The notes under the pieces: generated by a model
Database searches by the model: none
What the model saw: the letters and a program-made list of their open reading frames with translations, nothing else
What the model was told of the DNA's origin: nothing
Part shown: piece by piece, positions 51,508 through 64,000 of the stretch
How positions within the stretch are numbered: the stretch's first letter is position 1
How the letters are laid out: each line of letters opens with the position of its first letter
NCBI RefSeq assembly: GCF_009834535.1
Contig: NC_045696.1
Span: 105,216,001-105,280,000, forward strand
DNA from: Camelus ferus
Taxonomy: Eukaryota
Length of the DNA stretch: 64,000 nt
Reading direction: 5' to 3'
Translations under genes and position numbers: made by a program

Positions 51508-52457
51508 GTGGGTGCTGACCCCCTCATCCGTGGGAGGGTGAGATGTCATGGTTCCCGGCGAGAACAGACGGGAGTCACAGCCCCCTGGACACAGATAAAA
51601 GTTTTTGAGACCTGCTTGGCTTCTCGTGTTAGAAGTTCAAAATAAGCAATCTGCCACCATCCCTTGTAAATTGTTACACTAATTTGGGATTTTCTGCCCC
51701 CAAGGGAGTTTACCTCCCCTTGTGACTTGTGCTTATGACCTGGATTACAGTCAGGGATAAACTGCGGGGTTCTGCTGGGCTGCTTTGGAAAACCTCAGCC
51801 TTTTCGAATACAAAAAGTGCCATTATAACCCTTAAATCGAGAGGCTAATACTTCAGAGCAGTGTTACTCAATGTTTTACTCAGAAAAGGAAACTTATTTT
51901 TAAGGGATTTAAAGTCAATTTGGATTATCCTTCTAATTTGTAGTCCTGAGTTTCTACCCTGTTGTCAGCTGCCGGTGTTTGACAGAACCGTGTCAGCTGT
52001 GATTTGCGGGTGCCTCCCTTCTGCACGCCAGCTCTGGTACCCGGGGTCAGATGCACAGCCCCTCGTGCAAATACACAGGAGCACCAGCGATGGGAGGCAG
52101 GATGCGCGCGGGCAAGGAATCACTGGTCCCACTGGGCTGAAATTCTGGCCGGCTCATCTGCAGGGTTTCCTAAAGCAGCTCTCCCAACTTTGGTTAGTGG
52201 GACACTATTTCCAGATCAGAAGGGCTCTGGAATTTCACAGTTAAACAAACTTAAAGTGGTGTCTTTACTGCAAAACTTTTCAGAGCCTTTACTGTGTTCA
52301 TGTGTACTGTGACTCTGTAAGAAAGGGGAATAGGTCTCAGGCATTCTTAACACTTTTTAACCACAGGACTCTTTTTAATGCATTGTTAGTATTTCTCAGA
52401 ACTGGTGCTCCCCAGAACACAGACTGGGAAATGCTTTTCTAAAAGGGTTTGAAAAGA

Positions 52458-52547
52458 GGGGAAGGTATAGCTTGGTGGTAGAGTGCATGCTTAGCATGCA
52501 TGAGGTCCTGCATTCAATCTCCTGTACCTCCATTAAATTATTATTAC

Positions 52548-52608
<61 letters not shown>

Positions 52609-52630
52609 TTAAAACAAAATAAAAAATAAA
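52458..52630 (+). mobile_element. tRNA-Ala-derived SINE with an (ATT)n expansion in the tail
   Basis: GGGGAAGGTATAGCTTGGTGGTAGAGTGCATGCTTAGCATGCATGAGGTCC head; (ATT)~24 at about 52537-52608. Degenerate TSD AAAAGGGTTTGAA / AAAAGGACTTGAA. Confidence 0.88.
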
Positions 52631-52664
52631 AAGGACTTGAATATCCCACCAGGCCCTAAAGGAT

Positions 52665-52835
52665 ATACTGAATGCTGGTCAAAGGATCGCTCACAGCAGA
52701 ATCACTTGCAAGGCTGGTTAAAAACACTAATTCCCAGGCCACGCCCCAGACCTCCTGAGCAGGGAGCGGGGCCTGGGAGTCTGGATGTTTAATAGGCAGT
52801 CCTGGGATTTGCTCTATCGCCAGTCTGGGGAGTGA
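52665..52835. mobile_element. MER5-like MITE
   Basis: CAGAATCACTTG...GTTAAAAAC...ATTCCCAGGCCACGCCCCAGACCTCCTGA. Confidence 0.7.
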
Positions 52836-53669
52836 TACTGGAGGAGGAACCTAAGGAAGGAGGAGTTACAGAGTGTCCTATATAATCAGTGCATGCAGTC
52901 TTCATTACACGCCTCTGGTCTCCCTGTCCGCCCCTCGGTTGTCTGCATGGGCTCCTCCCTGCCTGTCCCCAGGTCATGAGCACAGCACAGTGTTCATGCT
53001 CAGTCCTTGCCTTCTGTCTGAATCACCTCTGGCTCCGCATCACACCTAAGAGTGTTCCAGAGATGCTGGCTGAGAACAGAGATGGCCTGCCCCAGCCCTG
53101 CCCTGAGCCGGGGACAGGCTGTGAATGGTGGTGAGTCCAGGCATGGATCAGGGAGGCCGTCTGGAGGAGGAGACCCTGCATCGCGGTGCAGACTCATCTG
53201 GGGTTGGGATGTTTGGGGCAGAGGAGCAGCTGAGTGAGGCACACAGGGGCTGGGCATTCCGTGCCAGTGGGGGAATGCTGGAGCCTCCAGAGGGAGTGGA
53301 GCGGAAAGGAGCTGGCAGCCAGCGAAGTGGGAGGAATGCCGCTCTGTTGCTCCCAGCTTCTTACACCTCACCTCTCTGCAGATGCTTCCAGAATCCCTGC
53401 CTCTTGTCCTGGCCTACCCCTCATCCCCCTTCCCTTCTTGGCTCCTCTATTGAAAACCTGTCTGTCCTGTGAGGCCCAGTTTGGAACCCACCTTCCCTGT
53501 GAAACCAGCCCCTCCCTCCGCCAAAGCTCACCCCACATTCTTTTTAGATTTCTTTTTCCAGGGGCTACTAGCCTGCTCTGCTTGGCCCTGTGATGTTAGG
53601 GGTTTATTCCTTACCCCCTTTCTCTCCGTTCAGACCCTAAATCCCACTCGTCTTGCCCTCATCCGAAGT

Positions 53670-54210
53670 AACTGTTAAAAACGGAAGTTTTAGAAAGTGG
53701 GCTTTTTAATTTACCAAAATACATCAGGGGTTTGAAAAATGTCTGCGCCCTTTGCTTGAGAAATTCCCCTTCTAGGAATCTGGCTGAGGAGGTAATTAGA
53801 AATTGGGACAAAGATTTATGCAGAAAGATATTGATCACAGCCAATTTTATAATGGCAGATAAAAGCATCCTCAGTGTTTAAATATAAGGAAATGTGTAAG
53901 TAAGTTATATTGTATATATCCGATGAAGAATCTACCGAAGAAGGTTTTCATGATAGGGAGAAACACTTAGGAGGTAAGTGGAAAACAATCAGTATACAAT
54001 TACTGTATAATCTCAAGTACATAAAAAATGTGTAAATATACTTTCATATCTATTTGCATGTCTAAATAGAAAAGACTAAAGAAATACACTAAAATATTGA
54101 GTTTTTTGTAGAAAGCAGAACTGTTGTTAATTTCCACTTTAAATACGTAAATATTTTCCATACATTCCATAATTGACACAGATTTTGTTTGTAGTCAGAA
54201 AAAGAAAAAA
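53670..54210 (+). mobile_element. Ancient L1ME-like 3' fragment
   Basis: AATTCCCCTTCTAGGAATCT...AAAGATATTGATCACAGC motifs. Confidence 0.6.
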
Positions 54211-56649
54211 ACTAGAGCAACTAAGAATAGGAAGGTGGAGTTTTTCTCACCGTAAGTTTGGCATTTGACGAGGTTGCTTGTATGTTCCTAGTGACATGTT
54301 CCTAAGGGCCATTTTGTGTGCTGTGTGTTTTGCTGCCTGCTATCCTACTCTGGGACTGCAAACCAGCAGCTGAGCTCAGCATTTTGGGCTGCCAGAGCCC
54401 GGCTTTGCCCATCACTCCTGTGATCTGCAGTCCTCCTTGGACTCACCCAGAGCATCACACTGTGGGATGGATGATGGCTCAGTCCTTTCACACCCCGACT
54501 CTGTCTCCTGTGAAGGTGGTCCCTGCCTTGGCTGATGGGGCCGAGCAACCTTCAGAAGATTCTCCTCTCATACAACCAGAGCAGACACTCCACCAGTTTC
54601 CAGGTGGCCTTGTGTGGTTAATTTGGGTGCCGCCCTTCAGATTTGTCAATGCCTGGCTTCATCTCGGGTGTCCTGTGTGGACCCAGAAGTCCCACACTCC
54701 ACACACCTCTCTCTGTGCCTGTGTTCATCTCCTGCTCTAAGCGGGAAATTTCCATTGCATTCTCTCCATCACTCAGCTCCCATAACTTCCAAAGGAGGCT
54801 TTATCATCCCCACCTAACAGGTCCATCAGCCGTAACTATCCCAGGGCCCTTGCAGATCTGAAATTTGAACCTAGGGCTGACTGACCTCAGGGTTGGTGCT
54901 CTTTGATGGCAAAGAGTTGGGACAGCTGGACATTCAAAGGGGAAGGTCCTGGTGGCCCTTCTCCCACTTTCTATGTTAATCTCTGCTTCATCTGCTTTCT
55001 AAAGCCTGCAGCTATTCAAAGACAGAGCACACTGTCCTAAAACACCCACGGACATCTATTTATGTCACTGTATCACCATTAGGACAAATGCAATTGGCAG
55101 CCTTTATTCAAAACCTCAGAGTTACAGTCTTTGGACTTGGACAGTCAGAGTCACTCGGTTTGCAGATTTGATAGCAGTGATGTGGATGGATTTGAAAGGG
55201 AAATGTAGGTGCCTCTGGAGGGCCTGATGACGGGACTGCACAGAGTTGGGGTCTGAGACACGTGCTGCATCGATCCAGCCCCACAGACATGCCTTTGACT
55301 TGGGGGAAGGGGGCAGGGGTGGGTACTTATCCCTTCTGAGAAAGGGCTCAGAGTGAATCATTTGTAATCAATCAAACAGTATCTAATATTGAAGCAAACT
55401 TGTGGAAGTCATCCCCACAAAAATCCACCAGGAGAAGAGGAACCTTTGACCTGTGGGAACAGGGGGGTGTGCCCCAGGCTCCAGGAGACCCTGGAATTCA
55501 GTGCACAGCACTTAACCTCCCCCATAGAAAGACCACAGAACTACTCAGTTGTTTGAAAGGTCTAATGCTGGTCTCTTGCTATATTACAATAGTCAAATAA
55601 ATAAGAAATTAAAGTAAAACCTCGCAGATGCAGAACAACTCAAATCCCCATACATGTGGGAAGCATGGGACCAGCCCAAATCAGTGAAAAGTCTAAGTTA
55701 CTGAATAATTTTTAAATGCAGTTTTACTGATATTAAAAGGCTGGGCACTGAGGAGACACTCCGCTGAGTGTTGAATGGATTGCTGGATAAGAAGGTAAAT
55801 AGGTGGGTGGATAGCAGTTAACACATAGCACACTAACTTTGTTCCAAGCACTGTTCTAAGTATTTACATTTATAAGCTCATTCAATTCGAAAATAATCCT
55901 ATGAGATACGTACTGTGAATATCTTCATTTTAAACTTGAGGTTACCCAGCTGTCTGCTGGTAGAGCCAGGATTTGAATCCAAGGAGTCTGGCTCTCGAGT
56001 TTTAGTTCTTCACCGTGGAGAATTCGTGAATAAATGTTTGAATATCATTTTATTATACCAAGATTATGCTGCTCAAGAGTTTGAAGTGTGTTTCTGTAAT
56101 TACATCTGCTGCTTTAAAATGAGCAAACAGGTCCAGTGCCACCATTTTACGGATGGGGAGACTGAGGCCCAGAGGAGGAAGGATCTCAGCTCCAGCCCTC
56201 CTCCTGTGCCCGATGGAGGCTGGAACTCCGACCTCCCCGTGACACCCACAACTTCTCACTTCCCAGTCCACCACTGGCCTGATGCTCCTTTGTAAACTCA
56301 TCTCTCTGGTCCAGATTCCTTGGAAGGTTCCGCAGTAGGTTTCCCTCTGCGGCTGGTATCCCTGAAGCCCCTCCCAGCTGAGGTTTCACAGTGCCTGAGA
56401 GATGCCAGTGCTCTGGGAGCCCAGCCTTTGCCATTCCCTGAAGCTAGCACTGGCTTCCAGAAGGACCAGAGAGCCTGCTTGCTTACTTCTAGCGAGGACT
56501 CGGTTTTTCCTTTTCGGAGCAGCCCATTCAAAGGGGACAAGAACAGGATCGGACTGGGGAAATCCAGGCAGGGGTGGCGCATGTCCAATTCCTGCCAGTG
56601 GGTGGCGGCAGAGCCCAGAAATTTCAAATGCCCCAGCTGGAGGCTGGCT

Positions 56650-56850
56650 GCCTGGATTTGAATCCTGACTTTGCCTAAATGAGTGACCTCAGGCAAGCCA
56701 CTTGCCTTCTCTATGCCTTGGTCTCCCCCTTCGCAAAATGGGCACACCAATAACACCTACCTCATGAAATTGTCCTGAGGCTCCAATGAGATTACACACA
56801 GAGAGCACTTAGCAATAGTGCGCAGAGTAAGCAACCAATAAAAGCTCTTT
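56650..56850 (+). mobile_element. MIR SINE
   Basis: GGATTTGAATCCTGACTTTGCC...GTGACCTCAGGCAAGCCACTTGCCTTCTCT...AAAATGGG core. Confidence 0.85.
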
Positions 56851-57415
56851 TAACATCACGCTTATCATCCTCTGTTAGAGCAAAGCCAGAGGCTTATCCA
56901 CATTGATCAGTTGTTCTAGAGCTTTGTTTTATTGAAAACAGATGAAAAGGTCGCCAGCTGGGCTCTCAGAGACCTTTTAGCTACCCAAAGATCCTTTATA
57001 ATTAACCTTTATGATGAGATTTTCCTTATGAAAGTACCACGTGTCAGGGCTGAAATAGATTTTGAGAAAGGCAGTGTGGGTTGGAGCTTATTAGTCTCAG
57101 GGATTTAAAAACCTTATCTTCTATCAGAAGACAGGGTTTTGGGTACAGCACAGCCCCCTTTGGGCCACTCTGCCGTGGGGTCCAGCAACCACAGACAGAC
57201 TTGTGGTATAACCCTGAAAAAAAAAAATCCATTTTGTATTACTTGCCACTTTGCCAATATTAAACAAACGATGTATTGAGATGTATTGATTAAAGTATTA
57301 CTTCTACCTGTATGTTCCTAAAGTAGCTTCAGATTCATTTATATGCTTTTTCTTTTGAAGTCATGAACACGGAGACATTGAGTTCCCAATACATCCCAAG
57401 AAAAGCAGTTTGTGA

Positions 57416-57856
<441 letters not shown>

Positions 57857-58670
57857 ATGGGCTGGACCAGCCCCTCCTCCCCAACTGAACGCCTCCTGAG
57901 GACAGGCCGGCTAAGGTCTTGGTTTTCGTTCATTTTTCCATCTTTCATTTGGTCTGTTTCAACAGCAGTTTTGTTTCTGAGGAGTCTTCTGTGCCAGGAA
58001 GAGATACCTTCTTTTGGGAGGAGCAAATGTCTACCTCACAAGGAGGGACATTTATCATAGAAGTTAAAATGGTGTGTCAGGTCACTGGGGTTAGACAAGA
58101 GCTCTCAGAACCTCTGGTTAAAGAGATCTTATTTTGTAAATGGTAGTTATGGCTGCGCACTGAAGGTTCTGCACGTGACAGGGACCGCTGAGGGTCAGAT
58201 CGGAATTGCCCACAATGTGTTTTTCTAACCAGGACCAGGTGCAGCTTGCCGGTCTTGATTGGAGAGGCTTGACAGGATGCTAATTACCAAACGGCAGGCT
58301 TTGTCAATGCTTTGCTTCAACAAAATAACACTCTGTCAGGGTGTCAAGAATTTGGAAGCTGCACTTTGCTGATTTACATTGAATCTTCCTTACGAACCAT
58401 TGTCTGCCTGCCTACTGGCCATCGATAGAATTTAAACTAAAGTCTTTCTAAGTAGTGATACTCAAACAATATTTTTGATACAGTATATATATTTTTTTCT
58501 AATACAGCTAATCTATGAATGCTAGCACTCCCGATTTCCAGGTTTCTAAAAAGGAACTGAGGTAAAACAGAGGCCTTGACTATTTTAGAGGATCTTCTTG
58601 AATGTTTTATGACTGCCTGCCTGTTTGAATATTGGCAAAGGGATAAATAATAAATTGACATCAAAAAGTG
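57857..58670 (+). other. NMNAT3: NMNAT3 3' UTR (about 0.8 kb)
   Basis: Unique sequence between the stop codon and the AATAAA at 58649. Confidence 0.7.
58649..58654 (+). terminator. Polyadenylation signal AATAAA
   Basis: AATAAA followed about 25-30 nt later by a T-rich downstream element (GTTTCTCTTTTTTCTTTCTTTGTT). Confidence 0.75.
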
Positions 58671-59659
58671 CTAATGAAAAGTTTCTCTTTTTTCTTTCTT
58701 TGTTATATTATTCATGCCTGATGTACCAGCTGTTGCTCTTCTTTTTGGCTATTCCATGAAATTTGCTAGTGTTCCAATCGAACTGGCATGAATTTAAAAG
58801 TTTCTGTTCCCGGGGATGAGCAGTGGAGGGAAGACACTGCTTTCAACACCAAGCAGACGGTTCTCTGAGCTCTGGGTCGATGGCTGTGTTCAGGTGAGCC
58901 CTGAAAGGTACAGACAGGAGCCTTGTGTGTGTGTTCAGGATTTGTCCTTCCACCCCCAGTTAGGAAGAGGTGGTTTTGATTGGCCGAATTCAGTTTGAGT
59001 TTACTCTTTCTACTTCCTGACCAAACGACTGAACACGTTCAGAATTGACTTCTCCAGGATTTTACGCTGGTTCATCCTTGCTACAAATGTAATCGTGCAG
59101 AAACACAAAGGGTCAGTGGGAAGAATCTTGTATCTTCCGAAATATATCCCAGTGTTGGCAGGTGTGTCATGATGCACATGAGTGAAGCAGGAAATCATCA
59201 GGATTTCCTGCATCGAGAGTAGTGGGACCCTCCAGTGAGGGTCCCCAGACTTCCGCCCCTGCAACCTCTGAAGCTGCTGGCCATTCCCCACCCTGATGAG
59301 CTCTGCCCTTAAGAGATCCTTAAGGACCCTGATGATTCAGGGGAATAGGGATCAAACGGCCTTGTCCAGGAGCTGCCACAGCAAGTTGACTGCCTCGCTT
59401 CCCCACCATGAGCCTTAGTTTCCCAGTCTCTAAAATGGGGATGTTTAATTAGACAGCCTCTAAATTCTCTTCCATTTTTCTAAGACTCTGAGTGCCTCTG
59501 ACTTCAGCCTCTCCACCCTTCTTTGGGTCCAATACACTTCTGACCAGACTGGAAGCTCCCCAAGGGAAGGGTCTGTGTTCTGGAGGGTTATTTGCGGGGG
59601 GAGGGGGGCTTTTTTTTTTTTTTTTTTTTTGGCTGCTGTATCCTAAGTGCCAAGAAATT

Positions 59660-59785
59660 TGCTACTCCAAGTGTGGTTCCAGGCCCAGTGTTTGTCTGCT
59701 GTGGGAGCTGGTTAGAAATGCAGGCTCTCAGGCCCCACCCCAGACCTACTGACTAAGAATCTGCATTTGAATAAGCTTCCCCCAC
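59660..59785. mobile_element. MER5A fragment
   Basis: GGGAGCTGGTTAGAAATGCAGGCTCTCAGGCCCCACCCCAGACCTACTGA...AATCTGCATTT. Confidence 0.8.
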
Positions 59786-60030
59786 CATTCAATGCACTTG
59801 CCTAGAATAGTCCCTGTTATGATAAATATTAGTTTTGTTTTGAATAAACTGTTTGTATGAGTGAAATTGCATCGCATTTACTTTGGTGAATAGCTTCCTC
59901 CTTACTGTCTGAGCAACACTGCCCACCTGTTCTGTGTAGGGTATAGAAGGCAAAGGAGGAAAAAAAACAAAAAACAGCAAATAGCTGTAGTGCCCAGAAA
60001 AAGTAAGAGAGGGAGGCTGTGGGTTTGAGG

Positions 60031-60242
60031 CAAGGCTTCTCCCCTTGGGCACTACTGACTTCCGTGCCAGATAGTTCTTTGCTGTGAGGGGCTGTCCTGT
60101 GCATTGCAGGGTGCTTAGCAGTATCCCTGGCCTTGATTTGTTAAATGGCAATAGTACACGCCAGTTATAACAACAGAATGCCCCCAGGCATTGCCAGATG
60201 TCCCCTGGGCACAAAATAATCACCTTGGTCCAAGACCCATTG
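60031..60242 (-). mobile_element. MER20 hAT MITE
   Basis: GGGGCTGTCCTGTGCATTGCAGG...CATTGCCAGATGTCCCCTGGG is the reverse complement of the recalled MER20 consensus. Confidence 0.88.
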
Positions 60243-62661
60243 GGTTAAGAGCATGGCTGGGAGGTGGAGGGTAGTAGGTATGTATATGAGGAGGGGTCTC
60301 AGTTTCCCAAGAGGGAAAATTAGGAAACAGAAGCATAGAATCTTATGAAGGTCTAGTCTAGGGGTGGGGAGATACCGACCACTCACGAAGTTATTCTGAG
60401 GGACACAGTGCTGTTGACAGTAGAATTAGAAGCCACGTCCTTAACTCAGAGGTGCTCTCCCCTCAGTTTCAATCTCCCTTTGCCTCCCAGTACCCATACT
60501 GGTTTTCTCTTCCATGTTTTACAGGCTGAAGCTTCCAACGTAGCCCGCACCCTCAGTGCTGATGTTCAGGGCCTGGCCAGCGGAGACCCCCAGTGAATGG
60601 GAGCTAGCAGTTCTATGATTCTAATTATGATTCAAAGTTCAGGATTCATTTATTCAAATCCTATTTCTTGAGGACCTCTCCTGTGCCAGGCACTAAACAG
60701 TTGGAGAGCGATGGTGAGCAGGATGGACACAGTCTCTCCCCTCCAGAAGCTTCCAGGCCAGATAGGAATGGAATAATATTCACGCAACTAAGCAGGATTT
60801 CTAACTGGGACGAGGGCTCCGAGGGCAAGTACACCACACACTCTGACAGCCAGAAGCAGCCAGTTCGCTGTGAAGTAAGGAGGCTTAAGCTCCAGCGCCT
60901 CGCTGGCCAGGCCCTTTCCAACACACTGGAGGGACCTTAATTATGTAGATCTTTCATTTCACACTCATAATTTTTATTCTTTTTCTGGAAAGGGGCCTTC
61001 AAGATTGTACAAAGTTTAGGTCCTATAACATATCAGGGATTCACCCTGATGATAGAATGCAGATGGGGGAAGAGAGGATAGATTTGAGACCTGAAAGATG
61101 AGTTCACAAGACTTGGGGATGAGGGGAGGCCAACTGACTTTTGGGCAGAATGAACAGTACGTACAAAGGCCCTGTGGCAGGAGAGGGCAAAATGAACATG
61201 ATGAGCTAGATTCATCATTACCTCCTGAAGAAGGGGTTGCTTATGACGCTGTGCACCTGACACCAGGCATCTTTGCTTGCCACCATCTGTCTCCCTGTCC
61301 TGCCTTTCTGTAGGCTCAGGGCACCGGCCCAGCTGGCCTAGAGGAGATGCCTTCATCTCTCTGATTCATGTCTGTATCTTGGGGCTCCCACCAGGCAAAA
61401 CATTTATTTCTTAGCCTTTACATACATTGCCCCTGAAATAAAACAATCCAACAAAACCTACTATATATATACACACATACACATACACTACATGTAAATT
61501 TCTGTACTCTCACTCTGTCTCATTGATTCATGCCACCTCCCTTTTTTAGTATCAGAAGAGAAAATGTGTATCACTGCTGTGCTCCTGATTTATTGCATTG
61601 ACATTGACCTGCACACCTGATTTCATATTCTTCTCCATTCCGCAGGGCCTCCTCTGCATCTCGTTTGCCAGGGTGTTTTGTTTATTTTGCAAGAACAGAT
61701 AAAACAGTGGTTTGGGCTCCTGGGTAAATAGAATTTCCAACGTTAAATAAAGGTTTTCCTATAATAGCACATGCTGTCCAAATGAGCAGAGCTCTGTATC
61801 CCAGCCTGAGGAGAGGATTTTTCATTTATAATACTGTCTGTGTCACTTGGGACAGAATGATGTGAAATCCCATTTTAAACAGCGGTCCAGATTTGCAAGG
61901 TACCTGTGGTAATTGGGTTAATACATGAATATGAGTTTCTTCTCCCCACCCGCCCGCTTTCTATGCTAACAGTGCCTTTGCTTTTTGCAAGGGTCTTCTT
62001 GCATCCATGGCGTTCCCTTTCAGTCATGAAGTTATTTTCTTGGACCAAAACTCAGGATTTTAGATACGTGTGTGTGACTATGAATCTATAATAATGCACC
62101 TAGGCACACACCTCAGAATATTTTAGAATTGTTCAAATAATCCCCAAAAGGTTTGTACATGACACTAGAAGAGACCCTAAAGTTCATCTGGCCCCACCTT
62201 TTCCAAATTATCAGAACACTAAAATCCCACCAAGTCATGGGAGTGTCACTATTACTAATAATAATTATGTCTTGTGGACAAGTCTTTCTCCTGTAGGAAA
62301 CGCATAATGAGTGTTTCCATGCCTTGGCAGTCTTACTTTCTATACATGCCTCCTATGCAGCCTCTTTTCTCCATCCCTCCTGTCACCTCCCAATCCAGAC
62401 TACGATCGTCTCTTATCTGGACCACTGTGATGGCCTCCCCAAGTCACTGCTGGCCCCTGAAATCCATTCTCCAAGTCAAAGTCAGAGCAGTCGTGTGCAC
62501 AAATCTGGGCATATCCCTCCCTTGCCCAAGCTTCTTCCAAGGGATGCCATTAAGAAAATGGAAGACACAGACTTGAAGAACACATTTGCAAAATGTATTT
62601 CTAATAAACGACTTGTGTCCAGAAGATGTAAAGAACTCTAACAATTAAAATGAGAAGAATA

Positions 62662-63310
62662 TGCTACAGCCATTATGGAAAACAGTATGGAGATTCCTTA
62701 AAAAACTAAAAATAGACTTACCCTGTAATCCAGCAATCCCACTCCTGGGCATATGTCTGGAGAAAACTAACTTGAAAAGACACATACACCCAATGTTCAT
62801 AGCAGCACTATTTACAGTAGCCAAGACATGGGAGCAAACTAAATGTCCATCAGCAGATGACTGGGTAAAGAAGATGTGGTATATTTATACAGTGGAATAC
62901 TACTCAGCCATAGGAAAGAATGAAATAACGCCATTTGCTGCAACATGGATGGACCTAGATATTATCACACTAAGTGAAAGCAAAAGAAAAACTTACGGTT
63001 ACCAGGAAAGGGGAGTTGGGAGGGATAAAACGGGAGTGTGGGATTTGCAGATACACACTACTATATATAAAATAGATAAACAACAAAGACCTACTGTAAA
63101 GCACAGGGAACTATATTCAATAACTTGTAATAGCCTATAATGAAAAAGAATATGGAAAGGAAGATATATATATATATATATAGATATATAGATATATATC
63201 TATATATATATATATATATAACTGAATCACTATGCTGTACACCAGAAATTAACACATTATAAATCAACTATACTTCAATTTAAAATTTTTTAAATTAAAT
63301 TAAAATAAAA
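62662..63310 (+). mobile_element. Young L1 3' end nested in an older L1
   Basis: ORF 62661-63140 ([20 protein letters not shown]...), 3' UTR with a (TA)n expansion at about 63163-63220, and A-rich tail. Confidence 0.92.
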
Positions 63311-63394
63311 GACAGAAAGAATAAAAACCCAGTTTAAAATAACCCAAAGATTGGACTAGACACGTGCACGGGAGGGTCAACACAGCAGCTCAGT

Positions 63395-63915
63395 GCTGCT
63401 CAATAGAAGGCTGGCCTTTGGCTGGCATCTGAGAAGTTGGCTTTTGGAATATTGCCTACATTGCTAACTGATAAGGCTGTTTTGTCTGCCTGGGGCACAG
63501 AATCCGGGTGTACCAGCTTGCCTAGACGGTTTGTACAAGCAGTGTGATTTATAGCAAACACCTGCTTTCCTTCTAGGAGTCTGGAATGTCAGTAATCATG
63601 GCTGGTTGTGCAGGCAGAGCGCTGACATCACCAGCCCACGATGAAAACCATGGAGCCTGAGTCTCAGGCAGGCTCCCCTGGGCAGAAACAAGGCACGGTG
63701 TTGCTGTGCTTCGCTGCTGGAGGAAGAAGCATGTTGTGTACGTCTTCCCCCCAGGAAGGAGAACTTTGGAAGCCTTCACCTGGGCTCCTCCGGGCTCCAC
63801 CCCATGTGCCTTTTCCCCTGGCCAGCCCTGTTGTGCATCCTTTCACCATAATAACCCTTTGCCTCTGAGACTTGTGAGTGCTTCAAGCAAGTCATCAAAT
63901 GTGGAATCCCAGAAA
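63395..63915 (+). mobile_element. MER21/MER77-family ERVL LTR (partial)
   Basis: AACACCTGCTTTCCTTCTAGGAGTCTGGAAT...GGAAGCCTTCACCTGG...CCCCATGTGCCTTTTCCC motifs. The old L1 resumes at about 63920. Confidence 0.75.
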
Positions 63916-64000
63916 CAAGACACCTCACCAAAGATGACGTAAGGATGACAAATAAGCACAGAAGAGATGCTCAGCCCCGTCTGTCTTTAGAGAGCTACAG

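Noticed and set aside
60860..61035. Possible hAT-Tip100-type MITE interrupting an L2
   Set aside because: Resemblance too weak to name without a Dfam search.
58700..64000. Start of a downstream neighbour gene (RBP1 expected from human synteny)
   Set aside because: No CpG island or retinol-binding-protein exon is visible; the region is repeats and unique spacer.

Overview
Mammalian genomic DNA, most likely camelid. That assignment is inferred from tRNA-Ala-derived SINEs and the 3' ends of the young L1s, not from a database search. The window holds the complete canonical coding region of NMNAT3 (NMN adenylyltransferase 3) on the + strand in four coding exons: 436-544, 46214-46397, 51425-51507 and 57498-57856. 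All introns are GT-AG, the phases match, and the CDS is 735 nt (244 aa plus stop). A likely poly(A) signal lies at 58649. The promoter and 5' exon(s) probably lie upstream of the window. The rest is a 45.7-kb intron, two smaller introns and 3' flank, dominated by interspersed repeats: old and young L1, L2, MIR, three tRNA-derived SINEs, a near-full-length Tigger1, two Tigger5/MER47-type elements, MLT1 and MER21-type LTRs, hAT MITEs and microsatellites. I see no convincing previously undescribed biological system. The most interesting observations are a 5-codon uORF overlapping the NMNAT3 start codon (ATGA), a TSD-bounded candidate L1 3' transduction, a tandem double L1 tail inside one TSD pair, a 30-18-30 bp perfect duplication at an L1 junction, and tandem splice donors at coding exon 2. 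Repeat subfamily names are from recalled consensus sequences, and boundaries of old repeats are approximate.
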